Shown one piece after another: positions 36,484 to 49,190 of a DNA stretch of 64,000 bases (positions within the stretch are counted from its first letter, which is position 1; every line of letters begins with the position of its first letter). The notes beneath the pieces were generated by a model that saw nothing but the letters and a program-made list of their open reading frames with translations, did no database searches and was not told the DNA's origin. A program made the translations under genes and the position numbers. The stretch comes from Elsinoe ampelina (lineage: Eukaryota): contig ML992501.1 in the NCBI GenBank assembly GCA_010093995.1, forward strand, positions 2,235,320 through 2,299,319, read 5' to 3'.

Positions 36484-37364
36484 TTAATACCCGTCCAACC
36501 CACAAGCGGCAGCAACAAAGAGCCAGCTTCCCCGACTATGGATCCTTAGCAAGAAGCATGATACCCAGCACACGATCGGCCAGTCATTGTACAACATCTG
36601 CAAATTTCAATTCATTGGCATTGAGAAAGTCGGACGGAAGAGCGACGAACGAACGCAAGCATTTGACTTTTCTTGTTAGTCATTCTCCCTTTTCTTGAAC
36701 AAAGCGAGAGAAATGGAGAGAAAGGTTTTTGTGATACCCGGCGAGTCCGAGGACGAAGCTCGGACTCTTGCCTCCATCGCATTTCGAGCATTGTTTTTTC
36801 GCCACTTGGGAAAGTGGCGCCGTCGGTGCGCAAGCAGGATTCTTCGGAGTCGGGGAGCGGCCATGTACAGTAGAATAGGAGAAGCATGCGTTTTCTTCTA
36901 CCAGGCCACAGAACCGGCTTGGAAGCGCAAGGGCTTGTTGTTATTCTGGGAAGGCAGTAATCGACTCTAGGCAAAAGGGTCGCGTCAGTCGCTACATAAG
37001 TTAGATTCAGGAATACCCAATCAAAGAACCACTTTTTTTTCCGACACCATCTGTCCTCTTTGTCTCGTTTCCCCATTCGTGCCTCTGCGCTAGCCTCTCG
37101 CCCTTCCCAGCTCCCAGGAGCAGGATTCGGCCATCCCGCTGGATCCGACCTGCTGGATCAAAGAGGATGGTAGCGCTGGGCCTGAGCATCCTGCCAGCAC
37201 AAACACGATCCACGGCCTCATCCGAACAGGTCGACTGTCGAACTCTCGGCGCCGAACTTTTTCCAGTGCCCGATCTTCAGCTTGTGTCGTCTTGCAGCCT
37301 GTTGCAGGCAGGATTTGACGACGGCCACGCGCCAGTTTGAGCTGATCTGATGCCGATCCGTCTG

Positions 37365-37384
37365 TCAATCAATCAATCAATCAA
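37365..37384. repeat. (TCAA)5 microsatellite
   Basis: tcaatcaatcaatcaatcaa read directly. Confidence 0.8.
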
Positions 37385-37860
37385 AGGGACATGCGAGATC
37401 CGTGCTCATCTCGCTCGTTCGCAGCTGGCAAGACTCGGCGACGTTTCGGGTGCCTTGTATGGATGCCTTGGCTGCTTGAGACGTCTTGTAGCAATATCAG
37501 TCACCTGACATGAGGCAATACAGCATCGCAAAGGCACATTACCTTCTAGCATTCAAGCCCTGTTGCGGCTGACATGGACTCTTTCCCCTCAGATCACCTC
37601 CCGGCATCCGAGTCAAGGGGAAAACATTCTTCCCTCCGCTTTCCCCACGACGACATTCGTCCGATACTATTGCCTCCCTACCAGTCCAACTTTTCGACCT
37701 GAAAGAGACTTCTCATCGGGGTCATCTCCATGTGGAGACGCCGCACTTGGACATGGTCGTTATGGTGCCTCGCTAAAATATGGCCATATAGGCGAGAGGA
37801 GCAGAGGTAGGACTACATAAGTGGGTAACGCACGCTCGGTTCTGTGTCCCAGTCTTGATC

Positions 37861-38649
37861 TTCACTCGAATACCAGGCACATTCGATGACTGCATTAAGT
37901 TGTGGGTCCAGAAGCCGGCGAATGCCACCGTCGGCGCAGGTCTGCCTGTAATGCTCTATATCCATGTATGTCACCATTCCTGGATATCAAGGAGATATCA
38001 GAGCTGATCGTGTCACAGAGTGGAGGTCTCCAGTACAGTGCGGCTCCCAACAACGACTTTAGCCACTGGGTAGGCCAGAGCCAGGACTTCATCGCTGTCA
38101 ACGTCGGCTACCGCGTAGGTGCACTCGGTCTCATGGCTCACCCATCGCTTCCGTCTGCCAACGCTGGTCTACTCGACCAACGTCTTGCACTCCAGTGGAT
38201 CCCCCAAGTAAGCTCCTCCCCTCGTTTCTCCCTGCTCCATCCCTGACTCCCCCTCCAGCCATTGGCTCTAATTACAACGGCACCACCTACCCCCTCAACT
38301 ACGTCCAACACTCGGCCGACAACTCCTACCTCCAAAACGCCACCTCAGTAATGACGGCCTTTGAGCTGAGCGCTCCATTGCCCTGGAATGGCGGGCCTAC
38401 ATCGGCTCTTTCATCCGTACCGGCAACCCGAACTACCAGAAGCTCGCAACGGCGCCGACGTGGCCTAGCTATGGTGCCTTGGGGGACTACGTGAACTCGC
38501 CGGTGAGGTTGGTGCCTCAGTCTGCGTTTGCGAGTAATGCGGATAAGGGGTTGAGCACGAGTACGCAGGTGGAGGTGGCGCAGAAGGCGCAGTTGGAGAG
38601 GGAAGATTGGTGGACTGGGGAGGAGGTTTTGGACAGCATTAGGCTGTAG
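37861..38649 (+). pseudogene. Type-B carboxylesterase pseudogene (internally deleted, frameshifted)
   Basis: DDCIKLWVQKP...LPVMLYIH-(intron 37966-38018)-SGGLQY...AVNVGYRVGALG...NAGLLDQRLALQWI then jumps straight to C-terminal sequence (HSAD...AYIGSFIRTGNPN...WPSY). The GxSxG catalytic region is absent and a TGAGC duplication at 38362-38371 shifts the frame. Confidence 0.8.
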
Positions 38650-39521
38650 GGGTGATACCTTGGTCTGATGATGCTGTGATGAAAGGGAAAAGGGGACATA
38701 TCATGGGAGAGGTGTGCTCGCATGCGATAAGGATGTGACGGTTGAAATTACAGTATAGTCTATAGTGTATACCATGTCTTGGTGCTCGTTACGGTCGTCG
38801 GCCGCTTGACAGATCCAAGTCATCAGACTCGCCTATTTCAGCACATAAAAGGACATTTAGTAGTAGTTCACACTCCTATCCCATCGATTGAGCTCTACAC
38901 TCCTCCTTGACCCATCAATCTGAGAACGCACTGACCTGATCTCTTTCGGGGACTTCAATGCAGATCTTGCTCTTTCGCTTCATCTTTCCTCGCACAGAGA
39001 TCGACGCGAACAAGAAGCGAACAACGAGCAAATCTGTCCTTCGGCCAGTCCGAAACCGTCATCCCTGCCCTCGCCATCCTTCACCACGTGTCTCTTCCGT
39101 CCGCTGATCAGCTCGCAACCCTGGTCGAAACGGCAACTTCCCTCGCATGGCAATCTATCGGGATCGACTGGCTGAAGATCTTCGTTTACCGCGAACTTTG
39201 ACGAACTCGTCCATTGATCAATCCTGCATCATGCAAGCCTAACGATATCGTCTCTCTCGGAACCGGACAACGCGATAGAAGGTGGTCATCACCCGCAGAC
39301 CATTGGACGCCTCCATCTTCCACCTCGCTGGACACAAACCAGCGCCACGAAGCGCCAGCGTAGCATCAAGATCCCACCAAGTCGGCCAGACACAGTGAGC
39401 CATCCCACCTCTACAGCTTCCAGAACACCCTTTACTACCAGTCGGGAAATTTACACCATTCCTGTACCACAAGGGCAAGCTTCTATTCCCGGCCCACATC
39501 CACATTCCTCAGACCAACCCA

Positions 39522-40693
39522 ATGCGTCCCCTCGCATGCCGCTCCCTCTCCCGCCTCCCCCGCCCACCCACCCTTGTGACACCCCTCTCCACCCTTCCCC
39601 GTCCCCGTCCCCTTCCCCCACCCTCCCCCCTCCCACCACCCCACCGCCGCCCCTCCTCCTCCTCCCCCTCCTCCTCCCGCTGGAAAACCCGCCAATCCAC
39701 CGACCCCTACGCCGCCTCCGCCCGTCTCTCCTCCCTCAAATCGCGAGCAGCCTACAAGCTCCTCGAACTGGACCAACGCCACCGCCTCTTCCGCCCCGGG
39801 CAAACCGTCATCGACCTCGGTTTCGCGCCGGGAGCGTGGAGCCAGGTCGCGGTGAGCAGGACGAGGCCGGGCGGGAGGGTCGTGGGGGTCGATGTTATCC
39901 CCGCCATGCCGCCGAGGGGGGCGAGTAGTATCCAGGGCAATTTTTTGAGTGAGGAGGTCAGGGGGGAGGTGAGGCGGTTTGTGGGGAGTTGGGGACGGGG
40001 GAGGGCGGGGGCGGGGAGGGGAGGGGGGCTGTTGGGTGGGGAGGATGGGAGGGGGGAGGTAGGGGGTGGGAAGGGAGGGGTGGAAGGTAAGGCGGAGGGA
40101 GAGGGTGAGGGTGAAGAGAAGGGAGAAGGGGACGGAGATGGAGTGGGAGAGGCGGATGGAAAGCGCAAGGACAAAGGCACCGTCGACGTCGTGCTAAGTG
40201 ACATGTCAGCGCCCTGGCCGCTGGCGAGCGGGAGCTGGATCAAGAGCGTTAGTAACCCTTATCATAGGATGATGAACACGAGCGGCGTGAGCTTCAGGGA
40301 TCACGCGGGGAGCATGGTACGTCCTTGTCCCTCTCTCCCCAACCCCTGTCCCCCTTCATCGACCATGACTGACCCGCGTCAGGACCTCTGCCTCGCGGCT
40401 CTGACGTTCTGCTTCGACACGCTCAAGACAGGCGGGCACTTTGTCTGCAAATTCTACCAGGGAGCAGAGGAAAAGGCATTCGAGATGAGACTCAAGAAGC
40501 TGTTTGAGAAGGTCGTGAGGGAGAAGCCTGATGCTTCGCGCAAGGTCGGACTGGACTGGACATGCACGGCGAGGGCTCCCGACTGACATGCATTCAGGAG
40601 TCGAAAGAAGCCTACTTCGTCGCCCTTCGCCGCAAACCCGACGTCTCACGAACGCTCATCTTCCCTGAAGACACGGCCACGGAGGAAATTTGA
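39522..40693 (+). CDS. MRM2: FtsJ/RrmJ-family rRNA 2'-O-methyltransferase, mitochondrial type
   Basis: KSRAAYKLLELD, VIDLGFAPGAWSQVA, VDVVLSDM, FVCKFYQG, KPDASRK-ESKEAY (K-D-K-E tetrad). Introns near 40317-40382 and 40545-40598. Arg/Ser/Pro-rich presequence. Confidence 0.9.
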
Positions 40694-40787
40694 AGAGACA
40701 TCATCGTATTCATACACGTTAACCAACAACAATCGCCCTCTCCCACCGCTGACACCACCTCCTTCCCTCCGAAGCCAGGTCTCCTCC

Positions 40788-42633
40788 TCACTTCAAAAAA
40801 CTGGCCCCCGCCTTCCTCTCCCTCTTCAAAGGACTAAACACAAACCCATCCTCACTCCTCTGCGCGCCCCTCCCCACTCCCCCGAGGAAACTCCCCCTCG
40901 CCAACCCCAACCCGCCCGCCAACGGCCCCATCTTGCCCCCCGCCACACCGCCGAACAACCCCCTCCCCCCACCCCCGCCCGGCATGGCTTTCACAGGCGC
41001 ATCGTCCTCCTCGTCGAACAGCGTTCTACCCAGCCCGCCGAGCTTGCGCGCCTTTGGCTTCTTCTTCTTCTTCGTCTCGACCTCGCCTTCCGGGTCGAGG
41101 GCGAAGGCCGCGAAGTGCGCGAGGGATTTGCGCATTTTCTTCTGCGGGCGGGGGTTGGGCACGGGGGCTTTGTGGGGTGAGATGGGCTCGGTTTCTTCTG
41201 CGACGGGTTGGAGGGGGATCTTGGTGGTTTTGGCAGTGAGGGTGGTAGGAGGTTTCTTGATGTTTTGTTTGGTCGAGGGGACGGGTTGGAGGGGTTTCTT
41301 GGTGGCGCCGGTCGGGCTGGTGGTGGTGGGCATGTCGGCTTCGGCTTCGGAGGCGGAGGAGTCGTCCTTAGCGGCGTCTGGGCTGTCCGGGGCGATGCTC
41401 ATGGTGCGGTTCAGGAAGGGGGTGATGGAGAAGGAGGACTTTTCTCCTACGCTGGCGCCTTTGCGGGCGCGCTTGGTCGGGGCGTCGCCTGGTGTGCCGA
41501 GGGTGGTGGCGTCGGGGTCCATTTGGTTGGCGGCGCGTTTGGTGCCTTGCTTGCCGGCCTTCTTCGCTGCGGCGGCGGTCGACTTTGCAGCGTTGGGAGC
41601 GGCAGTGGCAGCTTGAGCTGCGGCTGCTTGGGCTTGCTCGAGAGAGGTCTCGGTCTCATTTAGGCGGTCCTTGAGAGTTCTCGTCCGGTTCTTGTACTGT
41701 GTCAACTTGTCCTCGAGGACGGTCTTGGTGCCCTCCCAATCCTTTTGTGCTTTTTGTAATGCCTTTTCTGCTTTGATCTTCTCCTTTTGTTCCTTGGCAA
41801 GATCGCGGGCAAGTGCTTGAGCGCGCACTTCTGCCTCGGCATTCTTCTCCACCTTGTGCGTTTCCGCAGCGGTGTCACGAGCAGACGATTTCTTAATCTC
41901 GTCCAGCTCAGCTTGCATCTCCTCGATTGTCTCCTTCGCACGCTCATGAAGACGCTTCTCCTTGGCCAGGGACTTCTTCAGATTCTCCATCTCATCTTCC
42001 TGGGCGGCCTCAACCATGGTGTTGCGTCGTTTAGCGAGGGCTCGCTTCGCATCGCGTTTGGCGTTCTCAAGATCGACTTCCATCTCGCTGATCCTGCGCT
42101 GAAGTCCGAGCTTGTCAGTGAGTAGGCCTTCATTTGCAGTGGCTTGAGTGCGAAGATGCTCGATTTCTGGCTTCAAGCGTGAGAGTTCGTGTGTCAATTC
42201 GAGCTTCTCAGTCATGATCTTGCTGGTGTCTGTGGTGAGGTTCTTGAGGGCTTTGCTTTCGGCCTGTAGCACAATTAGAATGTGATGATATCCCTATACG
42301 AAGGCGACTGACTCGTAATGATGAGACTTCTTGTTCCTTTGCCTGCAGCTCTTCTTCCAGACCATGCACTGCTGCCTCTGCCTCCTCCGCTCGCAACAGA
42401 TGTTCGTTCATCATGCTCTCCATTTTCTCGCAGCGCTCCTGCTCAGCCGACAACAGATCGCGCAGCTCAACATTGTCGTCCTCCAAGACATGGTTGTCGA
42501 ATCGCAATTTGCGGATGCCCTCTTCCTTAGCAATGATGTCGACCAAGTGAACGCTCCTCTCGTACTTCAACTCCAGGGCCGCTGTATGTAGTGAATGATC
42601 GTAAGTATGCATTGTATATGCAACAGGCGCCAT
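40788..42633 (-). CDS. Long coiled-coil protein with basic, low-complexity C-terminus; function unknown
   Basis: Two exons (intron about 42265-42312) join the 148-aa and 494-aa ORFs. Heptad-rich N-terminal ~330 aa, then FSITPFLNRT, RKLGGLGRTLFDEEDD and FSPLKRERK. Confidence 0.8.
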
Positions 42634-42878
42634 CGCTGGCAAAAGGTCCTGCAAGACTCAAAAATTCGTTGCCGCGCAATTAGTGCTGGGTTTGAAGTTC
42701 GACTGTTGTCGCGACGCGGAAACACTGATGTGGGAGTAAACACTGCACGGTGGTCCAGATATGCTGTTGCGCAGATCGCCAAGAAGTTCAGGACAGCTTG
42801 ACAGCTCTTGCATCTCGAGCTCCAATTTGTAGGATTGCAAGCTGCACTACATAGGCCCACAGTGCCATTGACGACACA

Positions 42879-44026
42879 ATGCGCCTCATCAACATCTTGG
42901 CAGCCTCGCTGCTCTCTCTAGGAGTATCAGCGGCTAAGCAGTCAGGCTCGGAGAAGTTCGCCGACTACCACTCCCGCCAGGTCTCCAAATCGGCGCCATT
43001 GAAGCTCACGGATGCATCCTACAGCAAGCTCACAGGTCCGCCGCGAAACTACTCGACCGCTGTGTTATTGACGGCGCTTGATCCACGATTCGGATGTCAA
43101 ATGTGCCATGAGTTCCAGCCAGAATGGGACTTGCTAGTTAAGAGTTGGACGAAGGGAGATAAGAAGGGAGACAGCAAGGTGGTTTTTGGCACACTGGACT
43201 TCTTGGATGGCAAAGGAACGTTCCAGTCGGTATGTCTTTGTCAAGGCTTCCAGTATGATTCGACATCTGACGAAGGGGTAGTTGCAATTGCAAACCGCAC
43301 CAATCTTGCTCTTATTCCCTCCTAGCGAAGGACCATATGCCAAGGTGGATGGTCAGCCAAAGAGGTTGGACTTCAATACTGGGTGAGTAAGGCGGTAATG
43401 GTATAGGTTAGACGTGACTGACATGAACAGATCACCTTCTGCCGACTCAGTGCATCACTGGATCTCGAGAGCGCTCCCACATGGGCCGCATCCACGATTT
43501 GTTCGACCTATCAACTATGTCAAGATTGCAATCACCACAGTCGCAGTACTAGGCACGCTCACACTCTTCGTTGTTGCCGCACCATACGTCCTACCGATTG
43601 TACAAAACCGGAACCTGTGGGCGGCACTCAGTCTAATTGCCATTCTGCTCTTCACAAGCGGTCACATGTTCAATCACATTAGAAAGGTACCATATGTGGC
43701 TGGAGACGGCAAGGGGAAAGTTTCGTATTTCGCCGGCGGCTTCCAGAACCAGTTCGGTCTTGAAACCCAAATTGTGGCGGCTGTGTGTAAGTTTTACCTT
43801 TTGAGCGGAAACAAACATGTGATTCCGTATCTGACACATCCCAGACGGCGTTCTTGCCTTTGCCACAATCTCCCTTGCTCTCAAGGTACCACGCATGGCG
43901 GATGCACGGATGCAGCAAATAGCAGTCTTCGTATGGGGAGGCGTGGTCTTCGGCACGTACAGCTTCTTGATGAGCGTCTTCAGGATCAAGAATGGGGGTT
44001 ATCCGTTCTGGCTGCCACCTTTCTAA
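42879..44026 (+). CDS. OST3: Oligosaccharyltransferase subunit Ost3/Ost6 (MagT1/TUSC3 family)
   Basis: Signal peptide, thioredoxin-like CQMC, FGTLDF, FTSGHMFNHIRKVPY, QFGLETQ, C-terminal FRIKNGGYPFWLPPF*. Three introns. Confidence 0.92.
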
Positions 44027-44791
44027 ATTACGGCATTACATTGCCGGGTGTGTCCGACATGTTTTGATGGATGCAGAGCATTGGTGGAAACTCATGGATG
44101 TGTACAATCAGACCTGCATGGCGTGGGAGCCTCGGAAGGAAAGGAAAAATGTACCTCTGACCAAGCCGAGGTGGACACTGGTAGTGTGTAGTGTAGCCTT
44201 TGTCGAAGAAAAGCCACAATGATGCTATAAAGCCAGGCACAATTTGCAGCGCCTGGACAACCATGTGGTCCCCCACTTGCTCCGTGCTGCGAAGCTTTAA
44301 TTGTGCCCGGTGGGGGATGCGCTTTTGCGGTCAAGTTGCGGAGGAATGCGGGGTCGTCCACGATATTTGCCGCCAAAGGGTGAGCAAACAAAGAAGGTGC
44401 GTGATCTGCAAATTCTCCAGAAGCATCCACTCGGTTTTGTCCCGACCACAGACATGCTCTCCCTGCTTGATCAAAATCTTCCGACTGTGGTGGATCTGCA
44501 ACACAATTCCTTGGACTGGAGGGGGCAAATATGCCGACCACGAGTGCAGCCGCCTGTCCGGTAACTCCTTTTGGTTCGAGCACGCGCTTGGAAATGAGGC
44601 CGTCTCTGGGTCCAGTATTATTCTCCGACTGACCTTGGCTGACCCATATCTATGTCTTTCGGCGAGAAAGTGGGCGAAGAAGATCGTCCTATATAGTATG
44701 GTCGTCCGCACCAGAGGTAAATCTTGGACTCCTATCCCACTTCGATACTCCTAAACTCTCCTCTCTTTGACCATCTATACACCCAATCATA

Positions 44792-45982
44792 ATGAGGTGG
44801 ACCACAGCTCTGCTGTCCTTGGCAGCCAGCACACTTGTCGCTGCACAAGGTACTCCCGTCGAGCGTCCTCGGCCTGTTCAGACCTACTCCGGTGTGGTCA
44901 TCTATCAGCCTCCAGTCAACTATACTGAGCCACGTACACTCTATGCTCGTACCCTAGAGATCAAGGAGAAGGGTAAGAACGTTCTCCTCGCCACATGGGA
45001 GAACTACCTACCCAACAACAACCCCAACCCATACTATCCAGTCTACGAGTCGTTGGACAACGGCAAGTCATGGAAAGAGCGGTCACGTCTATACGACCAG
45101 GTCAACGGATGGGGAGCCCGATACCAGCCATTCATCTACCAGCTACCTGATAACCTGGGCCGCTTCCGCAAGGGCGATATCCTGATTGCTGGCAACTTCA
45201 TCCCGCAGGATCTGTCCCAGACCAAGATCGATATCTACGTCTCCAAGGACGGCGCCAGGACCTGGAAGTTCGTCTCCTCCGTCGCACGCGGTGGTGAGGC
45301 CATTCCCAACAACGGTCTTACTCCTGTCTGGGAGCCTTTCCTCTATCTCTACAAGAACGAGTTGATCTGCTACTACTCCGACCAGCGCGACTTTGTCAAC
45401 AATGGTCAGAAGATGGTTCACCAGACTTCAACCGATCTCCTCAACTGGGGTCCTCTTCGCAACGACGTCGCCTATAACAACACCGAGTGGCGCCCAGGCA
45501 TGCCCATCGTCAGCAAGCTCCCCAACGGCAAGTTCCTGCTCACCTACGAGTTCTTCGGTTCCGTCGAGGGTGGTTTCTCCGTCTACACTCGTCTCGCCGA
45601 TGATCCACGCAACTTCAACGAGGCACCAGGCACCGTGCTCCGCGCCACCGACGGCACCATTCCTCGCGGCTCTCCTTACAACGTCTGGACCCCCGTCGGA
45701 GGCCCCAACGGTACCGTCATCGTCAGCTCTGGTGATGCCCCAGAAATCTTCCTTAACAGGGGTCTCGCTGAGCCAGGTACTGCATGGGAGAAGGTCTCGA
45801 TCCCGTCAAACACAAGTTACACCAGAAGCTTGAACATCCTCAAGAGCGATCCTCGGGCACTTCTTGTTGTTGGTGGTGGTCTTCTCCCTGGTCAGCCAGG
45901 CGTTGAGAACAACAGGGTCGATGCCACCCTCTGGGAGGTCCCATCGGCGCCCAAGAAGAGGGCTGCTGCTTTTGAGGCATAG
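44792..45982 (+). CDS. Secreted GH93 exo-alpha-1,5-L-arabinanase-like glycoside hydrolase (BNR/Asp-box propeller)
   Basis: Signal peptide, LYART, LLATWENY, Asp-boxes SLDNGKSW and SKDGARTW, PVWEPFL, YYSDQRD, RPGMP, LTYE, GSPYNVWTP. Confidence 0.88.
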   Translation: MRWTTALLSLAASTLVAAQGTPVERPRPVQTYSGVVIYQPPVNYTEPRTLYARTLEIKEKGKNVLLATWENYLPNNNPNPYYPVYESLDNGKSWKERSRLYDQVNGWGARYQPFIYQLPDNLGRFRKGDILIAGNFIPQDLSQTKIDIYVSKDGARTWKFVSSVARGGEAIPNNGLTPVWEPFLYLYKNELICYYSDQRDFVNNGQKMVHQTSTDLLNWGPLRNDVAYNNTEWRPGMPIVSKLPNGKFLLTYEFFGSVEGGFSVYTRLADDPRNFNEAPGTVLRATDGTIPRGSPYNVWTPVGGPNGTVIVSSGDAPEIFLNRGLAEPGTAWEKVSIPSNTSYTRSLNILKSDPRALLVVGGGLLPGQPGVENNRVDATLWEVPSAPKKRAAAFEA

Positions 45983-46363
45983 GTGCTCGACTCGTCATAT
46001 CACAGTAGATATTGTATATACGCGCAATGCAAGATATGTGAACAAGTAGTTGACTTCCATTACGTTTCACTATATGAGCTGAACTACCAAATGCCCTCTG
46101 CTTGACCCCGGGTAATCCAACCATGAAGCGATGACGTCGTCCGCTTCCGATGCCGAAAAAGGTTCAATCATCCCGTCGGTCACGCAATCCTCCGGGCCGA
46201 GCGCCCGTCAAATCAGAGCGGGGCAGTATCAAAAACGTGGTGAGCATCGAAAGGGTCAAACAAGTTTGCGCCGACCACATTGTCACCACCAATTCCTCAT
46301 CTCCTCTGATACCACTCTCACAAACCATACCTCTAGTACCTCCTCAAACCACAATTCACCAAA

Positions 46364-46891
46364 ATGAAAGCCTACTGGTACGACAACCTCCCCGGCGACC
46401 AACGCGCCCCGCACGACTCCGGCCGTACCGTGGCCCCCACCTACCTCTCCAACCTCGGCATAATCCACCACACCATCACGTCCCCGTCCGACGTGGACCG
46501 CATCGCCAACGAACGCTCCTACTCCAACCGCGACGAAATCACAATCTCGCCGACCACGCTGCCGAACTACGAGGACAAGGTCAAGATGTTCTTCCACGAG
46601 CACCTGCACGAAGACGAGGAGATCAGGTATATCATGGACGGCGGGGGTTACTTTGACGTGCGCGGCGAGAAAGACGACTGGGTGAGGATAAGGTTGGAGA
46701 AGGGGGACTTGATGATCATGCCCGCGGGGATATATCATCGTTTCACGACCGATGAGGAGAATTATACAAAGGCCATGAGGTTGTTCAAGGATCAGCCCAA
46801 GTGGACGCCGCTCAATAGGGGGGAGGAGACGGACGGGAATGAGTATAGGAGGGCGTATTTGGAGGAGAGGAAGAGGGCGGCTGTGCATTAG
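46364..46891 (+). CDS. ADI1: Acireductone dioxygenase (methionine salvage)
   Basis: [39 protein letters not shown]. Confidence 0.96.
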   Translation: MKAYWYDNLPGDQRAPHDSGRTVAPTYLSNLGIIHHTITSPSDVDRIANERSYSNRDEITISPTTLPNYEDKVKMFFHEHLHEDEEIRYIMDGGGYFDVRGEKDDWVRIRLEKGDLMIMPAGIYHRFTTDEENYTKAMRLFKDQPKWTPLNRGEETDGNEYRRAYLEERKRAAVH

Positions 46892-47185
46892 AGTGGGAGG
46901 GAGGACATGAATTGATGATAATCAAAAATAGACGAAGTAAGTGATCCGAAGCACATTGAACGTTGGTGAGAAGCTGCAGGCATTGGTGGGTATGAAGTAG
47001 GATACAGCGAGACTCGATTAAGCATAATGCAGTCTATGGTCGGTTTTTGTCTGCAACCCAAAACGCCGGCGTATGTCCCTTCTTCGTGATCCCTCGACCC
47101 GGGGAGGTGCCGTAGTCATTACGGCTGGGTCTCGCCTGCGAGATCGTTCGTGTGATGCGTGCTACTCGTGCTATAGATGATTTGT

Positions 47186-49190
47186 CTAGGGAACGGCGCC
47201 CATGGACACCATCTTCTTCCGGAGGTAGTTCTTGTACGCTCCGATGGAGCCATCCCACCGTCTGACCGTCTTGTTCTCGCAGACCATAATGTCCTTGGCG
47301 ATCTTGTCGAGCAGACTGTGTGTTGTTAGTGCGTGATTCTGAGCATGTTACAATGATTAGGCTTACCGGAAATCGTGAGATACTACAACGACACCTCCTG
47401 AGAAAGCATTGATGGCATCTGCCAGCGAGTCGATGGTGGGAATATCCAGACCGTTGGTAGGTTCATCCAGAAGCAACATGTTGGGCGACTCAATAGCGAG
47501 AAGAGCGAACACGATTCTGCTCTTCTGACCTTCCGAGAGTGTGCCCATCAAGGCAGTCTGTGCCTCACCACTGAGACCGTAGCGACCAAGCTGTTGACGC
47601 CAGTACTGGTAGTCTTGACTGGTTGAAGCAAACTTGTCGCGCACAAAGTCCAACGCAGATTTGTTCAGGTCGAGCTGCTCAGCCGAGTGCTGCGAGTACA
47701 TGCCGAGCTTCAAGTGGGTGTGACGAGAGACGGAACCACTGGATGGTGACAATTGACCGGTGAAGATCTTGAGGAGAGTAGACTTGCCGACACCGTTGGG
47801 TCCAACCAAAGCAGTTCTGGAGTCCATGTCGACACCAAAGTCGAGATTCTCGTACAGGTTGTCCTCTTTCTTGCCGGAGTAGGCGAATGTGACGTCGTCG
47901 AGTGAAAGCACAGGAGGTGGCAGCTTCTCAACATCGGCGAAGCGGAAAGTGAAGACACGATCTTGGTGGACTGGCTCGATGAAACCATCTGCCTCCATCT
48001 TGTCCAAAATCTTCTGTCTCGACTTGGCTTGCCTGACCAAGTTGGCGTATGTACCGGCCGAAGCGATGAACTTTTTGATGTGCTTGATTTCGTCTTGCTG
48101 CTTCTCGTATGCCTTTTGCTGGTTTACCTCCATTTCCGTACGGGTCTTCATGTACGAATCGTAGTTACCTCCGAAATACATGAGTTTCTTCAATCTCATA
48201 TCGATCATGTTTGTGCAGACGCCGTTCAGGAAGTCCATGGAGTGCGAAACGAGGACAAGTGTGCGGTCCCACTTCTTCAGATATTCTTCGAGCCACACGC
48301 AGGCTTCGAGATCCAAGTGAGCAGTGGGGTCGTCGAGCAGGAGGAGAGAAGGCTTAACGAAGAGCGCCTTGGCGAGCGCAACTCGCATACGCCAACCACC
48401 AGACATGTCCTTTGTTTTCTTATTGATAGTCACCTTGTTGAAGCCGAGACCAGTGAGGATGAGGGAGGCACGAGTGTGGAAGGTAGAAGGGTCCATGGTG
48501 TCCATGTGCTTATTCTGTCAGTTTGTCTGGCTTTGAGACATGTCACAGGGGACTTACCTCGTAGATGGCTTCCAGACGTGGATCATCAGGACCGTCGTTC
48601 TCCAGAATCTTTTCCGTGAGCAGCTCGAGCCTCTTGAGTTCCTCCTCGGCCTGTTTGACAACCCACTCAAGAGCACCCAAGTTGGTCACTGGGGCACCCT
48701 CGTTGAGAAGATAGATGTCGATGTGGTCTGGGAAGGGGTACTCGCGAGCAGCGATGGCTTTGAGCAGAGTTGACTTTCCGCAACCGTTCTCTCCTAGCAG
48801 ACCATACCTGCGACCGTAGGAAACTTCCAGATTTGTGTCGTTGAAGAGAACTTTGCCGTGAAAGACGAGCGACGCAGATGTGATCTTGACGTCCCTGCTG
48901 GCTTCCAGGGATGCCAGTACACCTGTGGTGACACGGTCGGAGATGCCATCCTTGTCTTCCTGCAGACCGAGCTTCTTGATCTTCTCGTTGATGACGGCCT
49001 CACCCTCATCATTCAGCTCCTGTCCGTCGGCGTCGATGAGAGGCGGTGTGTCATCTCCATTGACTGAGGAGGCCTCTGAACCATTCTTAGAGGCGTTCTT
49101 GGATGCCAGCTTGGAGGCAGGAGTCTTCTTTGCTGGCTTGCCGTCGGCCTCGCGCTTGGCCATGCGGGCGGCTTTGCTTGCGGACACCAT
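47186..49190 (-). CDS. ARB1: ABC-F family ATPase (ABCF2/Arb1), 3 exons
   Basis: Two ABC domains ([46 protein letters not shown]), no TM segments, ends [16 protein letters not shown]. Confidence 0.95.

Noticed and set aside
39540..40160. C-block/G-block pairs as true inverted repeats (MITE or foldback element)
   Set aside because: Complementarity is only compositional; I saw no alignable terminal inverted repeats or target-site duplications.
44300..44560. SYGGRG (CreA-like) matches upstream of the GH93 gene
   Set aside because: Short degenerate motif that is frequent by chance at this GC content; plausible but unsupported.
47030..47260. Apparent frameshift or extended C-terminus of ARB1
   Set aside because: On re-reading, the last exon closes normally with ...[10 protein letters not shown] at 47186.
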